NCBI GenBank assembly: GCA_034667685.1
Contig: JAXDQU010000118.1
Coordinates: 17,493 to 81,492 of the forward strand
Length of the DNA stretch: 64,000 bases
Direction of reading: 5' to 3'
DNA from: Thermoplasmata archaeon
GTDB lineage: Archaea; Thermoplasmatota; SW-10-69-26; JACQPN01; JAJPHT01
Shown here: in pieces, positions 47,923-57,265 of the stretch
How the letters are laid out: the number at the start of each line of letters is the position of its first letter
Position numbering within the stretch: the stretch's first letter is position 1
Notes under the pieces: generated by a model
What the model was told of the DNA's origin: nothing
The model's database searches: none
What the model saw: the letters and a program-made list of their open reading frames with translations, nothing else
Translations under genes and position numbers: made by a program

Positions 47923-48469
47923 GGTCGTGGGGCTCGAACTCGACGCCCAGGCGCTCGTGGAGCAGGGCGGTGAAGAGCGGCACGACCTCGCGCAGCGTCA
48001 TGGGCTTGTCGAGGAAGGCGTCGAGGACGCCCTCCGGCGGCGTGGGGATCTCGCGGGGCGAGTGGCCCGTGATGAGGATGCGGAACGGGGGCGAGGGGGC
48101 GCGCGCCGCGTGGGCGAGCACGTCGAGGCCGTTCTGGGGCTCGCGCAGGTCGAAGTCGCAGAGCACGACGTCGAAGGGCTCGGCCGCGAGCCGCTGCGCC
48201 GCCTCCGCGACGGTCCGGACGCTGGTGACGGCGAGCGCCGGCTTCGCGATCGTCTTGCGCAGGAGGCGCGGGAGCATGTCGGCGAAGAGGTAGTCGTCGT
48301 CGACGATGAGGAGGCGCAGCTCCTCGTAGCGCGTGCCGGCGCGGGAGGCCGCGTTGAGCGCGCGGGACGCGGGACGCGCGGCGTCTGCTCCGCCGCGGGG
48401 CGCTTCGTCGCGGGGCTCGGGCGCGTGGGCGCTCAGGCGCCGTCGCGGGGGAAGCAGGACGGGCATCAT
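47912..48469 (-). CDS. Response regulator receiver protein
   Basis: LLIVDDD, VLCD, NGLDVL, ILITG, LDKP; ATGA overlap with the kinase stop. Confidence 0.88.
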   Translation of the reverse strand: MMPVLLPPRRRLSAHAPEPRDEAPRGGADAARPASRALNAASRAGTRYEELRLLIVDDDYLFADMLPRLLRKTIAKPALAVTSVRTVAEAAQRLAAEPFDVVLCDFDLREPQNGLDVLAHAARAPSPPFRILITGHSPREIPTPPEGVLDAFLDKPMTLREVVPLFTALLHERLGVEFEPHDLRR

Positions 48470-49974
48470 GGTTTCACCGGGTCGGGGATCGTGAGGTAGA
48501 ACGTGGCGCCCTGGCCGGGCTTCCCCTCGGCCCAGACCTCTCCGCCGTGGCGCCTGGCGACGCGCGCGACGGTGGCGAGGCCGATGCCGGTGCCTTCGAA
48601 CTCGGAGGCCGGCTTGATGCGCGAGAAGGGCTGGAAGAGGCGCGGCGCCTCGGCGGGGTCGAACCCCACGCCGTTGTCGCGCACGAAGAACGCGGGCCCG
48701 CGCTCGGTCTGCTCGCGGCCCACCTCGACGCGCGCGTGCGGCGAGCGGCGCGTGAACTTGATGGCGTTGGCGACGAGGTTCGTGAACGCGATGCGCAGCA
48801 GGTGGCCGTCGGCGGACGCGCGCATCCCCTCCTCGACGCGGAAGTCGATCTCGCGCTTGGGGTCGAGCTTGCGCTGCTCGCGGATCACGTCGCGGACCAG
48901 GAGCGTCACGTCGACGTCCTTGCGCGAGGGCTCGCGCCCCTCGGCCGTGCTCAGGTCGAGCAGGTCCTGCACGAGCCGCGCCATGTTGAGCGCGCTCTGG
49001 TGCATCGCGGCGAGCGTCTCCTTGCCCTCCGGCGAGAGGCGCGCGCGCTCCTCCTCCAGCAGCACGCTGCTGAGGTGCTCCACGGCGCGGATGGGCGAGC
49101 GGAGGTCGTGCGCGACGGTGTGGCTGAAGGCGTCCAACTCGCGGTTGAGCCGCTCGTAGCTCTCGGCGCGCGCCTTGATCTCCTCGTCGGCGCGCTTGCG
49201 CTCCGTGAGGTCGCGCGTGACCTTGGCGAACCCCACATGGCGCTTCTCGCGGTCGAAGATGGGCGTGATCGTCACGCTGGCCCAGAAGCGCGTGCCGTCC
49301 TTGCGCACGCGCCATCCCTCCTCCGCGTAGCGCCCCTCGGCGAGCGCGACGCGCAACTCATCCTCGGGGTGCTTGCGCTCCTGGTCCGCGGGCTCGTAGA
49401 ACGTGCGCACGTGGCGCCCGATGATCTCCTCGGCCTCGTACCCCTTCAGGCGGCGCGCGCCCGGGTTCCAGCTCATGACGCGGCCGTCCGGGTCGAGCAC
49501 GAAGATTGCGTAGTCCCTCACGCCCTCGACGAGCAGGCGATAGCGCTCCTCGCTCTGGCGGATTGCCTCCTCCGCGTGCCGGCGCGCGGTGAGGTCGCGC
49601 GTGACCTTCACGAAGCCGCGCAGCGAGCCGTCGTCGGCGTGCACCGCGGTGACGACGACGCTGGCCCAGAACATCGTGCCGTCCTTGCGCACGCGCCACC
49701 CCTCGTCCTCGAAGCGCCCCTCGGAGCGCGCGCGCTGGAGCACGTACTGTGGCCGGTGCGCCGCCACGTCGGAGGGCGGGTAGAAGACGCTGAAGTGCCG
49801 CCCCACGATCTCGTCCGAACGGTACCCCTTGATGCGCTCGGCGCCCGGGTTCCAGCTCGACACGATCCCGTTCGGGTCCATGGCGAAGATGGCGAAGTCT
49901 GGCGTGCGCCGGATGAAGCCCGAGAAGATCTCGTCGGGTACGGCCCCAGGCTTGATGGGGTCGTGCACGTTCAC
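48466..49974 (-). CDS. PAS-PAS sensor histidine kinase
   Basis: Two PAS/PAC units (WNPGA..., RKDGT.FWA), VAHDLRSP, NLVANAIKF, DNGVGF, GTGIGL; TTTAAG box upstream. Confidence 0.93.
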   Translation of the reverse strand: MNVHDPIKPGAVPDEIFSGFIRRTPDFAIFAMDPNGIVSSWNPGAERIKGYRSDEIVGRHFSVFYPPSDVAAHRPQYVLQRARSEGRFEDEGWRVRKDGTMFWASVVVTAVHADDGSLRGFVKVTRDLTARRHAEEAIRQSEERYRLLVEGVRDYAIFVLDPDGRVMSWNPGARRLKGYEAEEIIGRHVRTFYEPADQERKHPEDELRVALAEGRYAEEGWRVRKDGTRFWASVTITPIFDREKRHVGFAKVTRDLTERKRADEEIKARAESYERLNRELDAFSHTVAHDLRSPIRAVEHLSSVLLEEERARLSPEGKETLAAMHQSALNMARLVQDLLDLSTAEGREPSRKDVDVTLLVRDVIREQRKLDPKREIDFRVEEGMRASADGHLLRIAFTNLVANAIKFTRRSPHARVEVGREQTERGPAFFVRDNGVGFDPAEAPRLFQPFSRIKPASEFEGTGIGLATVARVARRHGGEVWAEGKPGQGATFYLTIPDPVKP

Positions 49975-50009
49975 GCGCAGACATCGTCCGCTTGGGCTTA
50001 AACGAATCT

Positions 50010-50702
50010 TCAAGGACCGAGCTTCGCGACGAGCTTGCGGGGGCGGTCGGTGACGAGGCTGGCGGCGCCCGCGGCGAGCAGCGCCTCCCCCTCCGCGGCG
50101 TCGTTGACCGTCCACACGCACGGCACGCGCCCGCCCTCCAGGATCGGCTCGATCGCCTCGGGGATCGCGGCCTCCACGGCGAGCATGACGAAGGCCAGCG
50201 AGGGCCACTCCTCCAGGTCCTCGCGGCCGGGCGGGAAGGGGAGGATCCAGCCGCCGGGCACCGCCGCGCGCCCCGCGTAGTCGGCGGCCAGCTCCGGCGC
50301 GAAGCTCGTCGCCAGCACCCGCTCGCGCGCGCCGCACGCGTCCACGACCGCGAGCATGGCGGCGGGCACCTCCTCCGCGTTCCCGGCGTCGGGCTTGATC
50401 TCGGCGTCCACGAGCGCGTCGCGCGGCAGCGCGCGCAGCACGTCCGCGAAGAGCGGCACCTCCGCGGGAAGCTCGGCGCGGAGCATGCGCTCGATCTCGC
50501 CCTGCCCCGGCACGACGCGCCCCAGCTCCGCGTCGTGGTGCACCACGAGCGCGCCGTCGCGGGTCATGCGCACGTCGAGCTCGACCGCCCGCGCGCCCGC
50601 GTCCATCGCCGAGAGGAACGACGCGAGCGTGTTCTCGGCCGCCTCGGCCGGGTTGCCGCGGTGGCCGATCACCTTGGGAGGACGGGACCAGGCGAACGAC
50701 AT
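50010..50702 (-). CDS. Glycerophosphodiester phosphodiesterase
   Basis: IGHRG, ENTLASF, VELDV...VVHHD, EIK, WTVND, VTDRP. Confidence 0.92.
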   Translation of the reverse strand: MSFAWSRPPKVIGHRGNPAEAAENTLASFLSAMDAGARAVELDVRMTRDGALVVHHDAELGRVVPGQGEIERMLRAELPAEVPLFADVLRALPRDALVDAEIKPDAGNAEEVPAAMLAVVDACGARERVLATSFAPELAADYAGRAAVPGGWILPFPPGREDLEEWPSLAFVMLAVEAAIPEAIEPILEGGRVPCVWTVNDAAEGEALLAAGAASLVTDRPRKLVAKLGP

Positions 50703-50750
50703 GCACGGCGATAGCAACACGAAGCGCTTGGCAGTTTCGACCGCTGCGCA

Positions 50751-50820
50751 GGGCTCGGGGCTCAGGACTCTGGACTCAGGGCTCCGGAGCCCTGAGTCCA
50801 GAGTCCTGAGCCCCGAGCCC
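50751..50820. repeat. Perfect 70-bp palindrome of heptamer units
   Basis: GGGCTCG GGGCTCA GGACTCT GGACTCA GGGCTCC followed by its exact reverse complement, with no loop. Confidence 0.95.
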
Positions 50821-50852
50821 GCGTCGCGGCACGAGGGGCTAACCTCAAGCGG

Positions 50853-52055
50853 ATGCGGCGCCCATGCGGTCGCGTGCTCCGGGTCCGCGACCCCATCCAC
50901 AATTACATCCACCTCGACGAGCTGGGGGCGGACCTCGTCGACGCGCCGCGTGTGCAGCGCCTGCGCCGGCTCCACCAGCTGGGCACGGGGAACCTCGTGT
51001 ATCCCGGCGCGAACCACACGCGCTTCGAGCACAGCCTGGGCGCGTGGCACCTCGCCGAGCGCGCGGCGCGAAGCCTCGGCCTCACGGACGGCGAGCGCCA
51101 GGCGGTGAAGGCCGCGGCGCTCCTGCACGATGTCGGGCACGGCCCGTTCAGCCACACGTGCGACGCGCTCTACCGCGACTACCTGGGCAAGAGCCACGAG
51201 GACGTCACCATCGAATGGCTCCAACGCGGCAACCTGCCCGAGGTCCTGGCGCGGCACGGCGTCGACGCGCGCGAGGTCGCGCGGCTCGTGCGCGGCGAGG
51301 GGCCGCTGGGCAGCCTCGTCTCGGGCGACGTGGACGTGGACCGGCTGGACTACCTCGTGCGCGACTCGCACTACACGGGCGTGAGCATCGGCGTCGACCT
51401 CGCGCGCCTCGTCGAGGACGTCGTGCTCACGCCCGAGGGCGTCGCGCTGCGCGAGGGGAGCATCACCGCGGCCGAGATGCTCCTCGTCACACGCGTGCAG
51501 ATGTACGCCGCCGTCTACCTACACCGCACCTGCCGCGTCGGCGAGCGCATGATCGAGCGCGCCTTCCGCCTCGCGCTCGACGCGGGCGAGATCCGCCCGG
51601 AGCAGCTGACACAGATGGACGACGCGGCCGCCACGATGCTGCTGCGCCACAGCAAGACCGACGCGTGGCGCCTCTTCCTCGCGGTGGACCAGCGCAAGCT
51701 CATGAAGGTCGCGCTGGAGGAGCCGCTGCGCGACTTCCGCGAGGACGCGCTCGCGGAGCTCGCCGCCAGCACGAAGCGCCAGCACGCGCTGGAGCAGGAG
51801 ATCGCCGTGGCGCTGGGCGTCCCGCCCCTCGACGTCATCGTGGACGCGCCGGAGCTCCCCGCGATGCCCGAGCATGGCGCGCGGATCATCCTGGACGACG
51901 GGCGCGTCGTGCCGCTCGACGAGGTCAGCAGCCTCGTGCGCGGCCTGGGCGAGGCGCAACGCGACCACTGGCGCCTGCGCGTCATCGTCCCCTCCGCCAA
52001 GCGCGCCGAGGCGCCGGCCAAGGCCGGGCCGATCCTCCACAAGCACCTTTCGTAG
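50853..52055 (+). CDS. HD-domain phosphohydrolase (COG1078, dNTPase-like)
   Basis: RDPIH, QRLRRLHQLG, HTRFEHSLG, LLHDVGHGPFSH, DVDRLDYLVRD. Confidence 0.92.
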   Translation: MRRPCGRVLRVRDPIHNYIHLDELGADLVDAPRVQRLRRLHQLGTGNLVYPGANHTRFEHSLGAWHLAERAARSLGLTDGERQAVKAAALLHDVGHGPFSHTCDALYRDYLGKSHEDVTIEWLQRGNLPEVLARHGVDAREVARLVRGEGPLGSLVSGDVDVDRLDYLVRDSHYTGVSIGVDLARLVEDVVLTPEGVALREGSITAAEMLLVTRVQMYAAVYLHRTCRVGERMIERAFRLALDAGEIRPEQLTQMDDAAATMLLRHSKTDAWRLFLAVDQRKLMKVALEEPLRDFREDALAELAASTKRQHALEQEIAVALGVPPLDVIVDAPELPAMPEHGARIILDDGRVVPLDEVSSLVRGLGEAQRDHWRLRVIVPSAKRAEAPAKAGPILHKHLS

Positions 52056-52106
52056 CGTGCTCGCGCGAACGCCCGACGTCGGTGACGTGAGGCTTATCTC
52101 CGAGGC

Positions 52107-53546
52107 GTGAATCCCCCGCGCGTGACGACGCCCGGACGCGCGCCCGTGGGCGGCCAGACCAGCGCCGCCACGTTCGGCACCGTCTGGCGCCGCGTCGCGC
52201 GCCCCGACCTGCCCACGACGAAGAAGGTCCTCGCCATCGCGTGGCCCGTCGTGCTCACGAACCTGCTCCAGAGCCTCGCGCTCACCGTCGACCTCATCAT
52301 GGTCGCCTCGCAGGGGACGATCAAGCAGGCCGCGATGGGCATCGCCACGCAGCTCTTCATGGTGGGCATGACGCTCGCGACGGGGCTCGCTGCGGGCGCC
52401 ACCGCGCTCGTCGCGCGCGGCTGGGGCGCGGGCGACCAGGCCGAGTCGGACCGCTCCACCAGCGCCGCCGTGCTCGTGGCGATCGCGCTGAGCATTCCCC
52501 TCGTGGCGATCACGTACTTCTTCGACGGGCCGCTCCTGCGCGCGATGACCGTGGGCCAGTCGGGCGCGGACTTCGACGCCATCGTCGCCAACGGCGGCCT
52601 CGTCCTGCACGTGCTCGCGTGGGGCATCCTGGGCTACATGGTGATGACCGTCGCCACGGGCGCCATGCAGGGCGCCGGCGACACCAAGCCCGCGCTCTGG
52701 ATCGGCATCGGCGTCAACGTCGTGAACCTCGGCCTCGACTGGGTCCTCATCTACGGGCACCTGGGCGCGCCCGCGCTGGGCCTCGCCGGCGCCGCGATCG
52801 CCACCGCCGCGTCGTACACCTTCGGCGGCGCGGTCTTCGTCGCGATCCTCTTCGCGGGCCGCCGGCCCGTCCGGCTCCGGGCGCGCGCGGGACGCCTGCT
52901 CGATACCTCGCGCCGCGTGCTGCGCGTGGGCGGCCCGGCCTTCGCCGAGCAGCTCCTGCTCAACGTGGGCTTCCTCGCCTACCTGCTCCTCATCGTGCAC
53001 TTCGGCCCCGCCAGCCTCGCCGCGCACCAGATTGGCCTGCGCATCCAGAGCTTCGCCTTCATGCCGGGCTTCGGCTTCGCGGCCGCGGCCAGCGCGCTCG
53101 TGGGGCAAGGCCTGGGCCGTGGAAGCCCCGAGGAGGCGGAGACGAACGGCTGGGTGTCGACCGCGATGGGCCTCGCGATCATGGTCGCGCTCTCGATCCC
53201 GATGTTCCTCTTCGCGCGCCCGCTCGCGGGGCTGTTCACGAGCGACCCCGACGCGCTCGCCCTCTCGATCACGTGGATCCACGTGCTCGTCTTCGCCATG
53301 CCGGCGATCGCGTTTCATTTCACCGTGGCAGGCGCGCTGCGGGGCGCGGGCGACACGCGCTGGCCGCTCCTGGTCTCGTTCCTCGGCCTCTGGCTCGTGC
53401 GCCTCCCCGTCGCGTGGTACCTCGCCGACGTGCGCGGCTGGCTCATGTACGGCATCTGGGCCGGCTACGTCATCGAGTACTACCTGCGCGCCGCCATCAC
53501 GACGTGGCGCTTCTCCCAGGGCAAGTGGAAGACGCTGAAAGTCTAG
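52107..53546 (+). CDS. MATE family efflux transporter
   Basis: About 12 TMs, GAGDTK, LGLAGAAIAT, LVGQGLG, LRGAGDTR. Confidence 0.92.
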   Translation: MNPPRVTTPGRAPVGGQTSAATFGTVWRRVARPDLPTTKKVLAIAWPVVLTNLLQSLALTVDLIMVASQGTIKQAAMGIATQLFMVGMTLATGLAAGATALVARGWGAGDQAESDRSTSAAVLVAIALSIPLVAITYFFDGPLLRAMTVGQSGADFDAIVANGGLVLHVLAWGILGYMVMTVATGAMQGAGDTKPALWIGIGVNVVNLGLDWVLIYGHLGAPALGLAGAAIATAASYTFGGAVFVAILFAGRRPVRLRARAGRLLDTSRRVLRVGGPAFAEQLLLNVGFLAYLLLIVHFGPASLAAHQIGLRIQSFAFMPGFGFAAAASALVGQGLGRGSPEEAETNGWVSTAMGLAIMVALSIPMFLFARPLAGLFTSDPDALALSITWIHVLVFAMPAIAFHFTVAGALRGAGDTRWPLLVSFLGLWLVRLPVAWYLADVRGWLMYGIWAGYVIEYYLRAAITTWRFSQGKWKTLKV

Positions 53547-54193
53547 AGCGGCACAGAATGATAGCTTACGGACCCGTCCGGCGCGCGGATCGTGGTCACG
53601 TCCTCGTGCCCCCGCGCCGCGCGCTCGGCGTGGCGGCCGGCGGAGTAGCCCGCCATGATCGGGATGGAGGCCGCCGTCGCGAGGGCCAGGCCCGCGAGGG
53701 TCGCCTTCGCCGGCGCGGGGAGCCAGCGCACCGCACCCGCCACGCGGCGGACGGCCTTGATCGGCGCGTAGACGGCGGCGAGACCCGCGAAGACGCCCGC
53801 GGTGCCCGCCGCGGCCTTGCCCGTCCTGCCCCGTCCCGCGAGGCGGCCGAGGCGCTCGACGTCGAGGCTCGCGCGGAGCACGTCCGTCACCTGCTCGCGC
53901 GCCCGCTCCAGGCTGCCCGGCTTGTGGCCCACGAGGTGGTCGATGGTCAGGACGATGCGCGTGAACTGCTCCATCGCGGCGCGGTCGTCGCCGAGCACGG
54001 GCACGCTGCCCTTGACGTAGGGCCACCACAGGCGGCCCGCGCCCTCGAAGCGCGCGCGGACGAGCGCCCGCTGCACGTCGCCGTGCGACTCGTCGAGCAG
54101 CGAACGCGCCGCGGCGGCCGCCTCCGCATCCACGCGCTCGTAGAACGAGGGGAAAGCCAGGCTGAGCCGGGCGAGGAAGCGCTCGTCGATCAT
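53543..54193 (-). CDS. Hypothetical protein
   Basis: Host-like codon usage; hydrophobic C-terminal half; fills the gap between neighbours. Confidence 0.6.
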   Translation of the reverse strand: MIDERFLARLSLAFPSFYERVDAEAAAAARSLLDESHGDVQRALVRARFEGAGRLWWPYVKGSVPVLGDDRAAMEQFTRIVLTIDHLVGHKPGSLERAREQVTDVLRASLDVERLGRLAGRGRTGKAAAGTAGVFAGLAAVYAPIKAVRRVAGAVRWLPAPAKATLAGLALATAASIPIMAGYSAGRHAERAARGHEDVTTIRAPDGSVSYHSVPL

Positions 54194-54243
54194 GCCGGGG
54201 GCATCAGCGGCGCGACTGGATAAACCAAGCTCCTACGGACCCG

Positions 54244-54354
54244 GGCGCTGCGCGGCTCCGCATGCGGAGACGCGGGGCTCGCGGAGGCCGCGGAGGTTCT
54301 TTCCCCGCGATCACCGCGCCCTCCGCGTCGTCGCATGCGGAGCCGCGCAGCGCC
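54244..54354. repeat. Long inverted repeat (23-bp perfect arms), REP/MITE-like
   Basis: GGCGCTGCGCGGCTCCGCATGCG (54244-54266) and its reverse complement (54332-54354); inner CGCGGAG/CTCCGCG units. Confidence 0.85.
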
Positions 54355-54418
54355 GAGGCTATAAGGAGAGAGGCGAAAAGAAACGATGCCGGGCTCGAAG
54401 CCGCCCGGCGGGGCTCGA

Positions 54419-54514
54419 TCAGCGGGCGCTTTTCGCGACACGGCCGGATCTGCGGATCCGGCCTATCGCGAAGACCGCGCGCTTCGCTGCGGCTCAGCGC
54501 GCGCTCTTCGCGAC
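54419..54514. repeat. Direct-inverted-direct triplication of the rps7 3' end
   Basis: 54494-54514 vs 54419-54439 (19/21); inverted copy 54466-54483 (17/18). Confidence 0.85.
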
Positions 54515-55171
54515 GCGCTCGATTTCCTCTTTCTTCGCGATGGCCACCGAGTTCATGTCGTTCTTGGCGGCCTTCATGATCTCGTCCGCGACGCACTGGG
54601 AGATGGAGTTCTTCGACTTGTGCGAAGCCTCCACGGCGCCCGCGGCGATGCGGCGGATCGCCTGGTCGAGGCGGCGCGCGGGGGCGACGTCGACGGCCTT
54701 GGGGACCGAGATGCCGCCGTAGCGCAGGCGTGTGACCTCTTCGCGGGGCGCCGCGTTCTCGAGTGCCGTCACGAGGATCTGGATCGGGTTCTGCTTGGTG
54801 CGCGTGGCGATGATGTCGAACGCCTCGCGGACCGCGCGGAACGCCGAGTTCTTCTTGCCCGTGTACACCTCGGTGCGCATGAGCTCGTTGATCAAGCGCT
54901 CGACGACGTTCATCTTGTGCTTGGCGAAGCTCTTGTTGCCGTGGCGCGCGCCGGTGTGCGGCACGATGATGGGGCGGAGGTTGATGTAGCGCACGAGGCC
55001 CGGGTCGTTGATCGTGATCTCCGAGAGGTCGTACTTCTCGAAGAGCAGGAGGTTGGGGCCCTCGTACTTCTGGCGGCGGCTCGCGGCGAGCTCCTTCGCG
55101 GTCTGGAGGGGGGTCTCGGTCGGCTCGGGGGCCGCCATCTGCTGGGTCTGGGTGGTCTCTTCGTCCGCCAT
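54494..55171 (-). CDS. rps7: 30S ribosomal protein uS7 (archaeal)
   Basis: [43 protein letters not shown]. Confidence 0.97.
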   Translation of the reverse strand: MADEETTQTQQMAAPEPTETPLQTAKELAASRRQKYEGPNLLLFEKYDLSEITINDPGLVRYINLRPIIVPHTGARHGNKSFAKHKMNVVERLINELMRTEVYTGKKNSAFRAVREAFDIIATRTKQNPIQILVTALENAAPREEVTRLRYGGISVPKAVDVAPARRLDQAIRRIAAGAVEASHKSKNSISQCVADEIMKAAKNDMNSVAIAKKEEIERVAKSAR

Positions 55172-55175
55172 GATA

Positions 55176-55604
55176 TCACCGCATCGGCTTTTCCTTGCGG
55201 CCGCGGACGAGCTCGTCGAGCGAGACGCCGTTGACCTGGATGACCTTGAAGCGCACGCCGGGGATGTCACCGTAGGAACGGCCCATGCGGCCGCCGATGC
55301 CTTCGATGAGGACCTCGTCGTGCTCGTCGATGAAGTTGATCGCGCCGTCGCCCACCGCGAACGCGGTGACCTGGCGGCCGTTCTTGATCAGCTGGATCTT
55401 GACGCACTTGCGGATGGCCGAGTTGGGCTGCTTGGCCTCAATCCCGACCTTCTCGATCACGATGCCGCGCGCCTGGGGCACGCCCTCGAGGGGGTCGGCC
55501 TTCTCCTTCAGGCGCAGGGTGCGCTTCTTGTAGTAGCGGTCCGACCAGCGGAACGCCTGGCGGTCGGAAGTGAGCTTCCGCGCCGCGAACAGTCCTCGTG
55601 CCAT
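55176..55604 (-). CDS. rps12: 30S ribosomal protein uS12 (archaeal)
   Basis: [31 protein letters not shown]. Confidence 0.98.
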   Translation of the reverse strand: MARGLFAARKLTSDRQAFRWSDRYYKKRTLRLKEKADPLEGVPQARGIVIEKVGIEAKQPNSAIRKCVKIQLIKNGRQVTAFAVGDGAINFIDEHDEVLIEGIGGRMGRSYGDIPGVRFKVIQVNGVSLDELVRGRKEKPMR

Positions 55605-55706
55605 GTTGACCGGCGCTGCGAAGCCGAGGGCCCTATATGAGCATTTGCCGGCCAGGCGCGGCTCCAGCGCGCCGCCATTATAAGCAAAGCTGACCTTGCG
55701 GTCAGC

Positions 55707-56261
55707 ATGCGCGAGGCGCTGCTGGACGCCGCGTTCGACCTGCTGGTGGCGGAGGGTCCCACGCTGCCCGCCTCCGGCATCGCCCGGCGCGCGGGCGCCA
55801 GCAAGGCGCTCGTGTACCACCACTTCGGCGACCGGGAGGGACTTCTCGACGCGATGGCCGGGCGCGTGCTCGCCCAGACGCAGCAGGGGCTCTCGCGCCT
55901 CGCCGCCGACTACCCGAACCCGCGCGACCGCCTCGCCGCCCTCGCCCGCACCTTGCTATCAGCGCCCGCGCAGCCTCCGCCCCTCGAGGCGCGCCGCGTC
56001 ATGCTCTTCTGGATGGAGGGCGAGCCGCCGCGCGCCGCGCTGCGCGACGGCCTGCTCGCGGACTTCGTCGCCGCGACCGCGCGCGAGGGCGTGGCCACGG
56101 GCGCCATGCGCGCGGGGCTCGACGCGGCCGCGCTCGCCACGCGCATCCTGGCGCGCTGGCACGGCCTGACCGCGCTGCACGCCGCGGGGCGCGCCGTCGA
56201 GTTCGACGCCGAGGCCGACGCGCTGGCCGACGAGCTGACCGCCGCGGTCGCGCGGAAGTGA
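55707..56261 (+). CDS. TetR-family transcriptional regulator
   Basis: [28 protein letters not shown] box near 55678. Confidence 0.9.
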   Translation: MREALLDAAFDLLVAEGPTLPASGIARRAGASKALVYHHFGDREGLLDAMAGRVLAQTQQGLSRLAADYPNPRDRLAALARTLLSAPAQPPPLEARRVMLFWMEGEPPRAALRDGLLADFVAATAREGVATGAMRAGLDAAALATRILARWHGLTALHAAGRAVEFDAEADALADELTAAVARK

Positions 56262-56298
56262 CGAAACGCTCATCCCGCGGCCGCGTCTCGCTCGCCCC

Positions 56299-57222
56299 GT
56301 GGAGAACGCGATCCTCGCGCGCGGCCTCGTCAAGCGCTTCGGGGACCTCGAGGCGGTGAAGGGCATCGGCTTCGAGGTGCCCGTGGGCAGCGTCTTCGGG
56401 TTCCTGGGGCCCAACGGCGCGGGGAAGTCCACCACGATCCGCATGATCCACGGCCTCTCGCCGCGCACCGCGGGCCGGCTCGACGTGCTCGGGCTCGACG
56501 TCGCGACCCACGGGCGCGAGATCAAGCGGCGCATCGGCGTCGTGCCGCAGGAGAACAACCTCGACAACGACATGACGACCCGGGAGAACCTCCTGGTGTT
56601 CGGCCGCTTCTTCGACATCACGGGCGCGAAGCTGCGCGACCGCGTCGACGAGCTGCTCGCGTACGTGCACCTCGCCGAGAAGGCCGACGCGCGGGCCGAC
56701 GAGCTTTCGGGCGGGATGCGGCGGCGCCTGCACATCGCGCGCGCCCTGCTCAACGACCCCGAGCTGCTCGTCCTCGACGAGCCCACCACGGGCCTGGACC
56801 CGCAGAGCCGCGCGCTGCTCTGGGAGCGCATCCGCGCGCTGCGCCGCGAGGGCCGGACGATCCTGCTCACGACGCACTACATGGACGAGGCGGAGAAGCT
56901 CTCGGACGACATCGCCATCATCGACGAGGGGCGCATCATCGCGCGCGGCGCGCCCGCGGCGCTCATCCGCGAGCACGTGGGGCGCGAGGTCCTCGAGGTC
57001 CGCACGTCCTCCGCGAACGACGAAAGCATCCTCGCGCGCGTCCGGGGCGAGATCGCGCACCACGAGCGCGTGGACGACGAGCTTCGCCTCTTCGGCGAGA
57101 AGGGCGAGCCGCTCCTGGAGCGCGTCCACGCCGCCGGCGTCGAGCCCGAGGGGCACGCCGTCCGGCGCGCGACGCTGGAGGACGTGTTCCTCAAGCTCAC
57201 GGGACGGCGGCTGAACGACTAG
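56299..57222 (+). CDS. ABC transporter ATP-binding protein (NodI/DrrA-like)
   Basis: GPNGAGKST, LSGGM, LDEPTTGLDPQ, TLEDVFLKLTGR. Confidence 0.95.
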   Translation: MENAILARGLVKRFGDLEAVKGIGFEVPVGSVFGFLGPNGAGKSTTIRMIHGLSPRTAGRLDVLGLDVATHGREIKRRIGVVPQENNLDNDMTTRENLLVFGRFFDITGAKLRDRVDELLAYVHLAEKADARADELSGGMRRRLHIARALLNDPELLVLDEPTTGLDPQSRALLWERIRALRREGRTILLTTHYMDEAEKLSDDIAIIDEGRIIARGAPAALIREHVGREVLEVRTSSANDESILARVRGEIAHHERVDDELRLFGEKGEPLLERVHAAGVEPEGHAVRRATLEDVFLKLTGRRLND

Positions 57223-57265
57223 CGCGAAAGGATAGGTTCACGCGGTAGGCTGTTATCCAGGGCGC

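Noticed and set aside
54494-55604. rps12-rps7 separated from RNA polymerase and EF-2 genes
   Set aside because: Break-up of this cluster is common among archaea; not notable alone.
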